DNA from: Octopus vulgaris
Lineage: Eukaryota
Length of the DNA: 64,000 nucleotides
Assembly (NCBI GenBank): GCA_951406725.2
Contig: OX597825.1
Span: forward strand, 32,798,001 to 32,862,000
Reading direction: 5' to 3'
Part shown: positions 1-13,059 of the stretch, in pieces
How positions within the stretch are numbered: position 1 is the first letter of the stretch
How the letters are laid out: each line of letters starts with the position of its first letter
Made by a program: the position numbers and the translations under genes
The notes under the pieces: generated by a model
Databases searched by the model: none
What the model was told of the DNA's origin: nothing
The model's input: only the letters and a program-made list of their open reading frames with translations

Positions 1-190
1 TTAGATACAGCCATTAAATATTTCATTAGCATTAATTGCGGAAATTTAGATTACTGAGGATTGTCGTGTTTGAAACGACTTTTTTTTTTTGAGATATGTT
101 AAGAATTTGAGGCAACAACTTGCAGAAAATACCAGTTCTGTTTTTCTTTTCTTTTTTTTTTTTTTTTTTGTAGATATTCAACATCATTAT

Positions 191-430
191 GGAGGCGCGT
201 GGCTAAGTGGTTAAGAATATTGGTCTCGTGATCATAAGATGGTGGTTTCGATTTATGGAGTCCTTGTACAAAAACACTCTCATTTCACGTTGCTCCAGTT
301 CACTCAGCTGGCAAAAATGAGTTAATCCTGCGATGGACCAGCGTCCTATCCAGGTGAGGAATATATACACCACAGGATCCGGAAATCCGGTCCTTATGAG
401 CCCAAATATCGAAAATGGACTTTGAGCGTT
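191..430 (+). mobile_element. tRNA-derived CORE-like SINE (family D), diverged copy
   Basis: Head GGAGGCGCGTGGCTAAGTGGTTAAG (A-box) and GGTTTCGATT (B-box), then CATTTCACGTTGCTCCAGTTCACTCAGCTGGCAAAAATGAGT resembling the CORE domain; colinear with the copy at 40618-40866. Confidence 0.75.
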
Positions 431-930
431 TTATTTTTAATTTTTTTTTTACATCATTGCTGTAATAAACATGAAATATAATTTCGCAGAAAAAAGCATT
501 TACAATACAAATGACACGTGGGGTAAATAAAGTTTTAAAGAGACGGGATGATCACATCTGGAATGCTTTTGATCATATATCTACTTGATGAAAGTTGGCC
601 GGGAATTAAATATCAACAAAAGCAGCAATAACTGTTCCTCGCATAGGTAGAAGGTCTGTAGTTTTGAAGGGAGGGGATTACTCAGTTATATCGACCTCAA
701 TATTTCACTGGTACTTTATTTTATCGACCAAATGGGGGCGGGGAATAAAAACATAAGCAACAATAATAACGATAGGGGTTCCTTTTTATGGACACATGGA
801 CTGCTAAAAGCAGCAGGAGAATTTACCTCAGGTCACATCTTTTCTGTTGCAAAAAGGGAAAGACATATGAAATATTGTAGTCCTAGATACACTGAAATAA
901 GACCGTTTTATATATATATATATATATATA

Positions 931-1154
931 TCATCGTGATCACCGTGACCGACCAGGCTATCAGATGTTGCAACACATCGCTGGTCACAATGTGGCGAAA
1001 GAGTACAGCAGGGATCGCCACCACCCCCTGCCAGAGCCTCGTGGAGCTTTAGGTGTTTTAGCTCAATAAACACTCACAACGCCCGGTATGGGAATCGAAA
1101 CCGCGATCCTACAACCGCGAGTCCGCTGCCCTAACCACTGGGTCATTGCGTCTC

Positions 1155-1157
<3 letters not shown>
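931..1157 (-). mobile_element. tRNA-derived SINE (family A)
   Basis: Reverse strand reads TGGAGACGCAATGACCCAGTGGTTAGGGCAGCGGACTCGCGGTTGTAGGATCGCGGTTTCGATTCCC (A/B boxes); same head and body at 21762-21929 and 46712-46864. Confidence 0.85.
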
Positions 1158-1230
<73 letters not shown>

Positions 1231-1238
1231 CATGTATG

Positions 1239-1307
<69 letters not shown>

Positions 1308-1329
1308 TGTATGTATGTATGTATGTATG

Positions 1330-1511
1330 TACCCCACCACCGCTTGACGACTCGTGATTTAAAAGTTCTACAAAAAATACCCGATGCAATAAGTGTCAGG
1401 CTTAAAAATAAGTACTAGGGTTGATTTGTTCGACTAAAGCATCCTTCGGGGCATTGCCACAGCATGGCCACCGTTCAATGAGTTTTGGGAGTAAAAATTA
1501 AGCGGTAAAAG

Positions 1512-1512
<1 letters not shown>
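1330..1512 (+). mobile_element. SINE family C, 3' half, diverged
   Basis: CCACCGCTTGACGAC...CAGCATGGCCACCGTTCAATGA matches the 3' half of the copy at 15315-15740. Confidence 0.6.
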
Positions 1513-1558
<46 letters not shown>

Positions 1559-1974
1559 CGTTAAATAACACACTCACACCCGTATATGCCCATTCACGCA
1601 CGTACACGCAGAGTGACACACACACACGCACATACACATACACACACACATGCACACACACACACACACACACCATCACGATCACATTCTCACACGCTCA
1701 TACACACTTACAAGTTCATACACACACAGTCGCTATAGCATTCGCTCACACGTATTCACACGGATATACGCACTCACACTCATATATTCACACACACACA
1801 TGCAGATTCACACACATACGCACACAATCAGTATCACATTCACTGTCATATTTACACGCATACGTACACGCACATACATTCACAGACATACATACACACA
1901 CACATACACTCTGTCACTATAACATTCACACACACGCACTCACTATCACAATCACATTTTCACACACACACATT

Positions 1975-2612
1975 CTTTTCTACTTTAGGCACAAGGCTCG
2001 AAATTTTGGGGGAGAGGGCCAGTCGATTACATCGACCCCAGTATGCAAATGACACTTAATTTATCGACCCCGAAAGGATGAAAGGCAAAGTCGACCTCGG
2101 CAGAATTTGAACTCAGAACGTTAAGACAGACGATATATCTATTTCTTTACTGCCCACAAGAGGCTACACACAGAAGGGACGAACAAGGACAGACAAACGG
2201 ATTCAGTCGATTATATCGACCCCAGTGTGTAACTGGTACTTATTTAATCGGCGAGCTGGCAGAAACGTTAGCACGCCGGGCGAAATGCTTAGCGGTATTT
2301 CGTCTGCGTTACGTTGTGAGTTCGAATCCGCCGAGGTCGACTTTGCTTTTCATCCGTTCGGGGTCGATAAATTAAGTACCAGTTACGCACTGGGGTCGAT
2401 GTAATCGACTTAATACCTATGTCTGTCCTTGTTTGTCCCCTCTGTGTTTAGCCCCTTGTGGGTAATAAAGAAATAGGTACTTATTTAATCGACCCCGAAA
2501 GGATGAAAGGCAAAGTCGACCTCAGCGGAATTTGAACTCAGAACGTAACGGCAGACGAAATACAGCTACGCATTTCGCCCGGCGTGCTAACGTTTCTGCC
2601 AGCTCGCCGCCT
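1975..2612 (-). mobile_element. SINE family B composite: head-to-tail dimer on - strand with a nested + strand copy at 2251-2475
   Basis: Repeated CGACCCCGAAAGGATGAAAGGCAAAGTCGACCTCGGC units; nested copy flanked by the 16-bp direct repeat GGTACTTATTTAATCG (2235-2250 and 2476-2491). Confidence 0.85.
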
Positions 2613-2613
2613 T

Positions 2614-2686
<73 letters not shown>

Positions 2687-3209
2687 TGACTGTCATTTAC
2701 ATACACATTCATACAATCACTATCCTATTCGCACACACGCATACTCATTGTCACATAAAACACGAACACACACGCACGCACACACTCTCCCTCTGTCTGT
2801 CAGTCTCTCTCTCTCTCTCTCTTTCTTTCTCTCTCTCTCACTTATACACACACACGCACATACACATACCCACACACATACATACACACACCCGTACAAA
2901 CACAAACGAGTTCAGTTCATTAAGTTAGTGAGAATCCCGAAATCGTTTGGATCAGAGATCATATCCAGGAATGAATGTCTGTCAGCGCTGACACAATCGG
3001 GATGTTTAGCAGCTTTTAACCGAAAGGTTACACGGGGAAGTTCCGTTGATGAAATTACATGAAAGGAATGACGAAATCGAGGAATGCCAAACATCTCAAC
3101 CATTTGCAGTATTTTATTCAGTGTGAAGCGGCAATTGGCAGCAAGCAGGTTCGGGAGTCAAAACGGAAGACAGCTCGCTTTAATAAGAAACACATTGACA
3201 CTAAACTGC

Positions 3210-3297
3210 CTGACTGGATGGAAGCCTGGCTGGCTGGTTGGCTGGTTGGCTGGTTGGCAGGCTGGATAGCTGGATGGCTGGATGGTAGGTGGATGGA

Positions 3298-3332
<35 letters not shown>

Positions 3333-3670
3333 TTCGCTGGTTGGCTGGTTGACTGGGTGAATGACTGGCTGGCTGGCTGGTTTGCTGGTATGCTGGTTGG
3401 CTGGTTGGCTGGTTGGTTGGTTGGCTGGCTGGTTGGTTGGCTGGTTGGCAGGCTGGATGGTTGTATGGCTGGATGGTTGGATGGCTGGATGGTTGGATGG
3501 CTGGTTGGCAGACTGGATGGTTGGATGGCTGGTTGGCAGGCTGGATGGTTGGATGGCTGGATGGCTGGTTGTCTGTCTGTCTGTCTGTCTGGATGGATGG
3601 ATGGATGGATGGATGGATGGATGGAAGTATGGATGGATGGCCTGCTGGCGGGTTGGCTGGCTGGCTGGCT
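3210..3670. repeat. Compound tetranucleotide repeat (TGGC/TGGT/TGGA)n
   Basis: About 460 bp of degenerate TGGN units, directly visible. Confidence 0.9.
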
Positions 3671-4159
3671 CCCTTTCCAAATAGATTTCAAATGTGTCAT
3701 CAACTCCGGTGATAAATATTTTCTATCGCTTAGTCAGGAGGGAAGGGCAATGTCTTTGACCCTTTTACAGGGCTTTCAAGGTTGTTCGAAAGGAGGAAGA
3801 GAGAGAAAAGGGGAGAGAGGGAGGTACTCTTAAAATCTGTGACCTGGACCCGAACGCTTGCACCCACTGACCAGGATGGAAGGGTGGTATAAATAAACGT
3901 CTGGTGTGTTTTGCGTACCGTTACTAATAAGTGAAAAAATGCATTGTAAATTAACAATGACAGATAAAAACATATAAGACACAGAGGGTCCCTAATTCTT
4001 CATTAGTTATCAATCAGAATAGTTTCGCACCTTTAATAATAAGACTGAGAGGCTTCCCATGTTGGCGGTGCCTGCAAAAGACGCAAAGAATCAGGCCTCA
4101 AGCAAACAAGACGACACAGAGTGGACATACGAAAGTTTTAAAAAATGTAATTTCAGACG

Positions 4160-4655
4160 ATGGACAAAGACAGAGCGAGCAAAAGACGAATTGAATCGAC
4201 CATCCAACTTGGTAGGCTGCGGCACGATTTGAACTCAGAACACAATGAGCTTCAATAAATACCACCAAGCATTACATATGATCCTCTAACAATACCGCCA
4301 CTCCACCACCCTATAGACTGATACTTTACTTATTATCGACCCTAGAAGGATTAAAGACAAAGACGACCTCGGCAGTATTTGAGCACAGAAATCAAGAAAC
4401 CGGAATATGTACCACAACACATTTCCTCGGATAATCTAACGACTCTCTGTCATATATTTATTATGACGCAAGGTAGCGAGATGGCCGAATCGTTATCTTC
4501 CGGCTTGACGTTCTGTGTTCAATTTCCTTTAAGGTCAACTTTGCCCATCATCCTTTCGGGGTCGATAACATAAGAAGTAGTTAAGCAAGGGAGTCGATGT
4601 AATCAGCTATCCCCTTGCCCCGAAATTTCAGGCCTTGTACTTTATAGTAGAAAGA
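4160..4655. mobile_element. Diverged SINE family B copies (- strand about 4160-4450, + strand about 4470-4655 ending in an (ATT)n tail)
   Basis: GATTTGAACTCAGAAC and CATCCTTTCGGGGTCGATAA motifs. Confidence 0.65.
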
Positions 4656-4765
<110 letters not shown>

Positions 4766-4790
4766 CATTATTATTATTATTATTATTATT

Positions 4791-5135
4791 TCAAAATAAA
4801 ATATGGCCCGTTGTCTTCTACTGAACCGGGGTCATCCCTTGACCCTAGGGTCACACAGGTCCTCATCTCATGGAGAGTACACGGCGTAAAATGTGTGCGG
4901 AACCTAGCAACACTATTTTCTGAAGTTCTCCCTCGTTAACACTGCAAGGGAGTTTGTTGAGCTGCTTATCAAGGCCCTTTTTAATTATCCCTAACGCTTC
5001 AATCACCACTGATGCTGTGCTGCTTTTCATTCCCCACATCTTGGTCACTTCTATTTCTAGGTCTTTGTACTTAAATAACTGCTCAACTTCTTTAATGGAC
5101 ACATTTCTCTCTGATGGTACTGTCACATCTATCAT
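4791..5135 (-). mobile_element. 5'-truncated non-LTR retrotransposon with restriction-like endonuclease (R4/Dong-like), C-terminus plus 3' UTR
   Basis: IDVTVPSERNVSIKEVEQLFKYKDLEIEVTKMWGMK...VVIEALGIIKK...LQKIVLLGSAHILRRVLSMR* has the REL C-terminal pattern (K-KY-DL, VVIGALG); flanked on both sides by (ATT)n. Confidence 0.8.
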
Positions 5136-5155
5136 CATCATCATTATTATTATTA

Positions 5156-5198
<43 letters not shown>

Positions 5199-5210
5199 CA
5201 TTATTATTAT

Positions 5211-5343
5211 TCAGTAGTTTTATTTTTTTAGCGTGCTTTCACTTCACTACCGAGCGCAGCTCTGTGTGCCTTGGGTATGTGCTGTGATTTGTTGTGATGC
5301 TCTGATGGTTATTGTATGGAAAGTGTTCTGCGTAGGATGTGTG

Positions 5344-5346
<3 letters not shown>
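5211..5346 (-). mobile_element. Second R4/Dong-like LINE 3' end (different subfamily)
   Basis: Reverse strand encodes THILRRTLSIQ* (compare AHILRRVLSMR*) followed by a different 3' UTR and an (AAT)n tail. Confidence 0.65.
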
Positions 5347-5425
<79 letters not shown>

Positions 5426-5434
5426 GCACAGCAC

Positions 5435-5960
5435 GAAGGCAGCTAGCTGCAAGAATTGTTAGCACGCCGTACAAAATGCACAGCGGTATTTCTTCTAGAT
5501 GTTTAAGCTGTCAGTTCAAATCACGCCCAGATCTACTTAGCTTTTCAGTCTTCTGGTGTCGATGAAATGAAGTACTAGGGTGGATAGCATCGACTAACCC
5601 CGCATCCTCAAAACTGTTGGTTTTGGCTCTAAATTAGAAAAACTTATTCAGACTCTTTCCGTTCAGATTTCAAATCCTGCTCAAGTCAGTTTTACCTTTC
5701 ATCCTTCTTGCATCTATAAAATGATTTACCAGTCGAGTAGTGTGGTTGATGGGATCTGCAAACACCGTCCCCTTAAAATAGCTGACATTATACCAAAGTT
5801 AGAAACTTAGAAGCAATTATTCCAAATCATTACGTTCTGATTTCAAATCCCACCAAAGTCATATTTGCTTTCGAGCCCATCGATGGAATCAAGTATCAAA
5901 AATTTTCTGGAATCAATGATACAGACAACCCCAACCTCTTCATAATTATTAAATCCACAA
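5435..5960 (+). mobile_element. Tandem degraded SINE family B fragments
   Basis: GGCAGCTAGCTGCAAGAATTGTTAGCACGCCG head and repeated GTTCAAAT / TTTCATCC motifs. Confidence 0.55.
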
Positions 5961-6034
5961 CCATTATTGCACGAACACTATATCCGCTTACTGATCCACT
6001 GGGCTGAGAACGATCCATAGCAGGAGTCTCTAGT

Positions 6035-6190
6035 CCAAGCATAGGCAACCTTTTTCACAAAGCAGGCAACATGAGACATGGGTCATCATCAAGCGGGCCG
6101 CACTGCTAAAACAAATCAAGATAATTTTTCGTTTAGGCATCTCATTCAGAAAGTCCCGCGAGCTGCAATTTGCTCACGACTAATCTAGTT
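6035..6190. mobile_element. hAT(Charlie)-like MITE
   Basis: GCGGGCCGCA subterminal motif; clearly homologous to 37073-37225. Confidence 0.55.
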
Positions 6191-6619
6191 TGTCGCCAGA
6201 CCAGCGAGTAATCATAAAATGATGGATGAACTGATCTTTTAATACTTTACTAAAATCTTGAAACCATTCCCAGCTAATTACTAACCGACACAGGAAAAAT
6301 TCAAAGACAAATTTATAAGGCTTTATTTCCTGTCACTAACGGAAGTATGATTAATAACAAGATGCATTAGAGCACTTGACTCCATCGTTGATGACCTGAA
6401 ATCCGCTGCATTCACAGTTTTGTAACAGGTTTTAGATGCCGGCATCAATCGAAATTGATGAGTTGACAAGAGGAAAAACAACAGTGAATGCATGAAAAAT
6501 TTATCGTAAATCTCTTTGTTCATTAAATCGTTACTATAAATGGCTCACCGTCAGCTTCGACGACGGGTGCTTTTATTGTTTGATCGACGCATCGTCATGA
6601 TTGTGAATTAGGGTATAAG

Positions 6620-6830
6620 AAGGCGGTTAGATGCCAGAATAGTTAACACGCCAGACAAAATGTTTGGCAACATTTCGTCCGGTTTACGTTCTAAGTTCAA
6701 ATACCGCCGAGGTCGACTTCGTCTTTCATAGTTCATGGTCTATTAAATACAGAACCAGCCGAGCAGAGGAATCAATGATATCGACTCGCACCATTCCCCG
6801 CTGGCCTTCTGCCTGTTATAGAAAGATTTT
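6620..6830 (+). mobile_element. SINE family B inserted into an older family D-like repeat
   Basis: GTTCAAATACCGCCGAGGTCGAC; flanks 6540-6610 and 6860-6950 resemble the body of the element at 41262-41592. Confidence 0.6.
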
Positions 6831-7289
6831 GAATAGAATGTAAGAGGCTCGGTAGTCCAGAGATACTTCGCTCTCTTAACGTAATTCTTAGGGGGAATAC
6901 GCATGACACAGTGTGCAACAAGGTTTGCTTTTACGATTTAAAGGTCCAGTCCATTCGACCAACTTGCAAACACCAGTCTCCTGTCTACCCAGTTTCACAC
7001 CCAAGATGTGCAAAGATGACCTCGGCCATCCAGCTACGTTAGCATCCATGGGCAGCCACTTCGAAAGATCACATAATTAAGTAGACAACTGGTATCTCCA
7101 ACCAATTTCCTTTTGAACCCTGGCATGAAATGTTAAAGGGAGACAGTTCGGCTTAGAATTGAAACCAAGTTTTATTTCCCTTTGTTAGAAGTTTGCCATT
7201 AATCAATGGCATCACAGTGACAAAACTGTATTTTCTCTAAAATAAAATCATGGAGAAGGAAAATTTAAAAAAAACATTGGATTGTAAGT

Positions 7290-7398
7290 ACAACTGTGTG
7301 GTAAGAAGTTTGTTTCCCAACCACATTGTTCTGCGTTCAATCCCATTGTGTGACACTTTAGGCAAGCATCTTCTACTAAAGCCCTGAGCAGTCGTATA

Positions 7399-7445
<47 letters not shown>

Positions 7446-7670
7446 ATGTCTTTGTGCTTGTGTTTGTCCTGCACCACCGCTTAACAACCGGTGTTGGTTT
7501 ATTTACATCGCCGTAATTTAGCGGTTCGGCAAAAAAGACCGGCAGCATAAGTACCAGACTTTTTTGTTTTTTGAAGTCATGGGGTCGATTCAGTCAACTA
7601 AAACTCTTCAAGGCAGTACACCAGTATGGCCACGGTCCCATAACTGAAACAAGTAAAAGATAAAGAAAAA
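7290..7670 (+). mobile_element. SINE family C, diverged
   Basis: TGTGTGGTAAGAAGTTTG...GTTCAATCCCATTG head, internal (TG)n, tail CAGTATGGCCACGGTCCCATAACTGAAACAAGTAAAAG. Confidence 0.75.
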
Positions 7671-7839
7671 AAACATTTATGTTTACATTAATCTATTGAC
7701 AAAGAACAACAAAATTATTGAAAAAATTGGAATTGCTTTGCTTTATCCATCTGTCTGTTTAGGATTGTTGGATTGATAGAATCGTTGGAGCAACGGAAGA
7801 GAAATATAAAATGGTTTCAAAGAATTTATGTCCGACTGT

Positions 7840-8575
7840 TTACATTCATCATATACTTTATCTTTCATTCCTCCGGGGTCGACAACATAAGAATACTTGT
7901 CAAGTTGTGGGTTCGATGGTAACGACTCACCTCCTGCCCTCAACATTGCTGGCTTTGTGACAAAATTAGGACCCTTACGGCGCGGTGGAATGGCAGAGTC
8001 TTTGAAGTGTGTCTTGCGATATTTCTTCAGACTCGAAGGCCGCGAGCCGGCAGAATCATTAGCACGCCGGGCAAAATGCTTAGTGGCCTTTCGTCCGTCT
8101 TTACGTTCAGAGTTCAAATTCACCAAGCTTGACTTTACCTTTCATTCTTTCAGGTTATGCACTGGGCTGATCGAATTGACTTACTCCTTCTCTAGAAATA
8201 GTTGGGAAATGGGAAACCGATATTCATTCAGACTATACACACTCTCAGTTCAAATTCTGCCGAGGTTAACGATACCTTTCATTCTTTCGGGGTCGATAAG
8301 ATAAAGAACTAGTCTAGTCCAGGAATCGACGGCTTTGTGCTGAATCGTTCTCTTTAGGATTGGTGAATTAGTAAAATGTTGAGCAAAAAACAAAATAGAT
8401 TGCGGTACTTGTTCTGATTCTAAGTTCAAATTCATACGACATCAACTTTATATTTCATCCTTTAAGGGTTGATGAATTAAATGATCAGTAGATTTGATCG
8501 ATTAAACCCTTCCATATCGTGCTCCAGCATGGCTGCAGTCCATTGGCTGAAGCATGCAAAATATAAAAAAATAAA
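7840..8575 (+). mobile_element. Cluster of degraded SINE family B units ending in a family C-type tail
   Basis: GCGAGCCGGCAGAATCATTAGCACGCCGGGC, TTTCGGGGTCGATAA, terminal GCTCCAGCATGGCTGCAGTCC. Confidence 0.6.
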
Positions 8576-9026
8576 TATAATCCCGCCTAAACTTTAAGAT
8601 ACCACTACTCTACCATTAGTCTTTGCTTTATCTACTACTACTACTAATACAGCTGCTGCTGCTGTTGCTAATACAGCTACTAATACTACAGCCATCAGAA
8701 TCTCCTAGGTGACCAGTGCCATTAGAAACTCTTCCATCGCCGCCATCAACAGATCCCAACTCTTGTAAGAAAATTAACAATTTCTACTAACCACCACCAC
8801 CACCACCACCGTCGTTGCTACTTCCAACTCCTCCGCCCTCACCTCCACCACTACCACTACCACTACATCCACCACAACCACCACTCGATGTCTTTCACCT
8901 ATATATCTACTCCATCAGATTGTCTCATTGACCTTAGTAGCGAAACTTCTAATGTCAGATGGAGTAAAGCTGAATACCAGATTTTGGCTTCTAGTGTTTA
9001 GTTTAATATTGGAAACAAATGGAAAT

Positions 9027-9460
9027 ACACATACATACATACATACATACATACATACATACATACATACATACATACATACATACATACATACATACAT
9101 ACGTACGTACGTACATACATACATACATACATACATACATACATACATACATACATACATACATACGTACATACATACATACATACATACATACATACAT
9201 ACATACATACATACATACATACATACAAGTAGATACGCACACAGTTAGATAGACAATTTCATTTACAAATACACATACATGCAGACACATAGACACAAAC
9301 ATACAAAAACGCATACATATATACATTCACATATTCATGTATGTAAAACATACACCAACAATTGCACGCACATATATATATATATACACACCTACGTATA
9401 TACATACATACATACATACATACATACATACATACATACATGCATACATACATACATACA

Positions 9461-9491
<31 letters not shown>

Positions 9492-9500
9492 GTGTATGTA

Positions 9501-9545
<45 letters not shown>
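9027..9545. repeat. (CATA)n / (TA)n microsatellite block
   Basis: Direct inspection. Confidence 0.95.
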
Positions 9546-9546
<1 letters not shown>

Positions 9547-9828
9547 CTTTTGACAGAACACGCATTGTCTTTAGTCTAGGCAATACTCTTTTGACGAGGC
9601 ACTGCATTCAAGAAGCAGGAAATATGACATTTAAACCGTTTAAAATTATTAACGGTTTAAAAATTTTAAATATATTGAAATGGCTTCGACAGCAAATTGA
9701 AATTGCTAATGGTACGCAACCTCTATATTAAGAGATCATAAACATCTGTATGCTTGTATGTATGCATATAGGTATGAATGTATGTATAAATGTATATATA
9801 TATGCACATCTGAATGCACACTCCTACG

Positions 9829-9859
<31 letters not shown>

Positions 9860-9892
9860 ACACAAACATATATATATATGTATGTATATGAT

Positions 9893-10432
9893 GAAGGTGG
9901 CTAGACGCAATTCAGAACCAAAAAGGAAATAATTCATCGTCGCTAAAATGCGACGAAGGGTGCAGAGGCAACAACATTGCTGGAAATAAGAGTCAAAGAA
10001 CATTTTCGTCACAAAAAGCGCACATTTTCTATTTACAGACAGGAGAGACAACCACCCCCACCGCAATCGAGGGCATTAAATTGCCATGCCAATTTCGCAT
10101 GAATTTTATTACTCATCATTAATGCTTATTCCAACGCGGGAGGTGAAGTTAAATTCTACCACGTCAGTGTATATAGATTTTACCATAGGAATCAGTGGCT
10201 GATTCCGCAAAATGTTAATATGAAAATAAGGTGGCTTGACGCAATTCAAAACCATTGCCTCTCAATTGCGGTGGGGAGGTTGTCTCCCCTGTCAGTAAAT
10301 AGAATATGTGCTTTTGTGGCTAAAGAGCTCTTTGATTCTTACTTCTAGCAATGCTCGTGCTCCCTGCACCCTTCGTCACAATTCAGTGACGGTAAATTAT
10401 TTCGTTTTTGGTTCTGAATTGCGTCTAGCCAT
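9893..10432. mobile_element. Long-TIR non-autonomous DNA element (fold-back MITE)
   Basis: TGGCTAGACGCAATTCAGAACCAAAA at the left and TTTTGGTTCTGAATTGCGTCTAGCCA at the right; imperfect arms extend about 180 bp. Confidence 0.8.
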
Positions 10433-10471
10433 ATATATATAGAGAGAAAGAACAAAGTGTACGTACGCCGC

Positions 10472-10561
<90 letters not shown>

Positions 10562-10563
<2 letters not shown>

Positions 10564-10791
10564 AAATACAAAATGGGACAAGAACGCAAAACATCCGGAC
10601 AACTAGGCGATACAAAAAGGGACAACAAAACATCCAGATAGACGATACAAAAAAAACAAGGGCGGGTCATTCGAAGCTTTCTATCCTCAGTCAAGAACCA
10701 GATCATCCTCGCAATTTCGTCTGATAAATCTTGATTGTGTCTTTTTGTATCACCTAGTTGTCCGGATGTTTTGCGTCCTTGTCCCATTTTG

Positions 10792-10795
<4 letters not shown>
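10562..10795. mobile_element. Fold-back fragment embedded in (TA)n, probably a Penelope-like terminus
   Basis: About 55-bp inverted arms ACAAAATGGGACAAG...GATACAAAAAG and CTTTTTGTATC...CTTGTCCCATTTTGT between TA tracts. Confidence 0.6.
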
Positions 10796-10865
<70 letters not shown>

Positions 10866-10879
10866 TCATAAAAGCGCGC

Positions 10880-11540
10880 AGGCACGGCGTGGTTGTGTGT
10901 CTGAGAATCATTACTTTGAGACGACATGCTTTCGAATTCAGTACCCTATGCATATCTGTGCAAATACACGCATACATACGCGTAACATGGGCAGCGATGA
11001 ACAACGAAGATTTTATATGTATGTATGTATCTCTATGTGTACGTGTCTCTTTGTTTGTTCCGCTCCACCGCTTGGCAACAAGTGTTGGTTTGTTTACGTC
11101 CCCATATCTCAGCGACAGACAGAATAAGTACCAGGCTTTAAAAAATGGTATTGATCGATTTGTTCGACTACTACTCTTAAATCCAGAATGACCGGACTCC
11201 AATGACTCAAAGAGACAAAACATAAGCGATAACTTTGATTTTCTCCAGTTGTGAAGCGGAGGGGGTACAAACACACACACACACACAGACATATACACAT
11301 ACATACAGATATATACATAAATGCCTATACAGAGATGTGTGTATGTACGCTCACACCTGCTTATGCGTGTGCGTATGTAAGGCTTCTTTCAGTTTCCGTC
11401 TACCAAATCCACTCACAAGACATTGATCTCTCCAGGACTTACAGTAGAAAACATCTGCCCAAGGTGGCGCACAATGGGATTGAACCCAAAACCACATGGT
11501 CGGAAAGCAGGCCTCCTAGCCATCCAGCCATGCTTGTGCG
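10880..11540. mobile_element. Diverged SINE family C copies (+ strand about 10880-11225, - strand head about 11380-11540)
   Basis: TTGGTTTGTTTACGTCCCC...AGAATAAGTACCAGGC and GCTTCTTTCAGTTTCCGTCTACCAAATCCACTCACAAG. Confidence 0.7.
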
Positions 11541-12030
11541 TATCGTTAATTTCAGTTATTATTTTGGTAATTTGTCTCTATTTCAAGCTAATTCTGTTTT
11601 GCTGATGTCTAAAAGAATTCGACCTCATAGCTTTTTATCTGACAGAAGATGCATAGTTAGACGTCTTGAAAGGTTAGTAGATGTCTGGACAAGGAAGCAT
11701 TTATTAGGCTGCTGATAGTTTCTAATTTTACATTTAATTTCATATGCCATATTAGTAGCACTCCGACACCAGTCGTGGTAGTCTCGGCAGTAAGGAAATT
11801 ATTGCGCATTTTAAGGTTTGTTTTGATATGTAATAATAGTTATAATAATCACCTATATGTTTGCATTTAAATTACTTTATTAGAAAATTCATAAGGAACA
11901 TTTCTTATTTATGATAGGAAAGGTGAAATTGGCCTCAAGAAAGCTTGATTTGCTGTGTTACAGAATATGTTCGCTATAACTGGACGTCTGTATCAAACTC
12001 TTTAATGCGGGACATCATACATATGTATGT

Positions 12031-12069
<39 letters not shown>

Positions 12070-12143
12070 ATGATATATATATATATTCACACATAGAGAC
12101 ATTTATATACATACACACACACTCTCACACACATATATATCTA

Positions 12144-13041
12144 CAGCGATGGGTAAATTGTCGCCATTTTATATTTTTAATTTCGTACATGCGCATTGTT
12201 TGTTTTTGATTTTGTCGACTACACAGTATAGTAGGATCAGTTGGACACCGTCTGTGAGAAAACCAGTACAATGACGCAGTTCACTCAGCCAAAAAATTGG
12301 AAACGACATGCTGTACTGCTTAGCATTCGTGCCGGAAGCTCCAATACGGACATTTCAGAGTGTTGAGCGTCAATCTGAGTCCCCAAAACATGTACTGAGA
12401 GTGATAAAAATAAAACATCCAGTGAACATCAAGGTGTTTGGAGTGATCACTAGTGTGATGGTGACGTTATGCCGCCATTTATCTTCATACGAACTCAGAC
12501 TCAACACGGAGGCCTACATCAAGTGCCTGGAGGCCTACATCAAGTGCCTGGAGGAAGTAGTGCTGCCCTAGATCAAGAGGGTGACTGCTGGAACACCCTA
12601 TGTCTGGCAACAGGACTCTGCACCATGCCATACAAGCAGGAGAACCCAGTCATGGCTGTCAGACCATTTCTGCAACCTAACCACCCCTAACATCTAGCCA
12701 CCTAACTCCTCAGACAGCACTCAACTTGACTATTGTGTGTAAGCGCAGTTGAGCGAGAGACCAACAAAACTCCTTGTAACACCAAAGATGAACTGAAGGC
12801 AAGGATTATGGTATCATTCACCAACTTAAACCAGGAGACCGGCCAGAAAAGCTGCTGAAGATTCCGAAGTCGACTGGAGGTAGTGATTGAAGCCAATGGC
12901 AATTTTATTGAATGAATTTATTCCTCAATATTTCAAGATATTTTTATGTAATTTTGGTAAATATATCTGTTAAAATGTTAAAATATCAGTGTTATTTTCA
13001 TTTTTGCGTAATTTGGGCGACAATTTATTCACCACACTCTG
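12144..13041 (+). mobile_element. Internally deleted DD37D (maT-like) Tc1/mariner transposon with pseudogenised transposase
   Basis: TIRs CAGCGATGGGTAAATTGTCGCC and GGCGACAATTTATTCACCACACTCTG; frame reads VWQQDSAPCHTSRRTQSWLSDHFCNLTTPNI*PPNSSDSTQLDYCV (37 residues between the second and third D) and later RFRSRLEVVIEANGNFIE*. Confidence 0.85.
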
Positions 13042-13059
13042 AATGTATATATATACACA

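Noticed and set aside
50-85. CTGAGGA...GAAAC hammerhead-like boxes
   Set aside because: No stem II or stem I pairing; an alternative GTCGT/ACGAC hairpin explains the local structure.
1080-1157. tRNA gene call for SINE heads (also 40618 and 15315)
   Set aside because: A/B boxes are present but each continues into a multi-copy SINE body, and I could not form a complete cloverleaf.
1975-2612. CRISPR-like regularly recurring repeats
   Set aside because: These are nested or dimeric SINE units in eukaryotic DNA, not constant repeats with unique spacers, and there are no cas genes.
3158-3833. QPAS- or WLAG-rich ORFs of about 180 aa
   Set aside because: Frames of a TGGN tetranucleotide repeat that is open on both strands.
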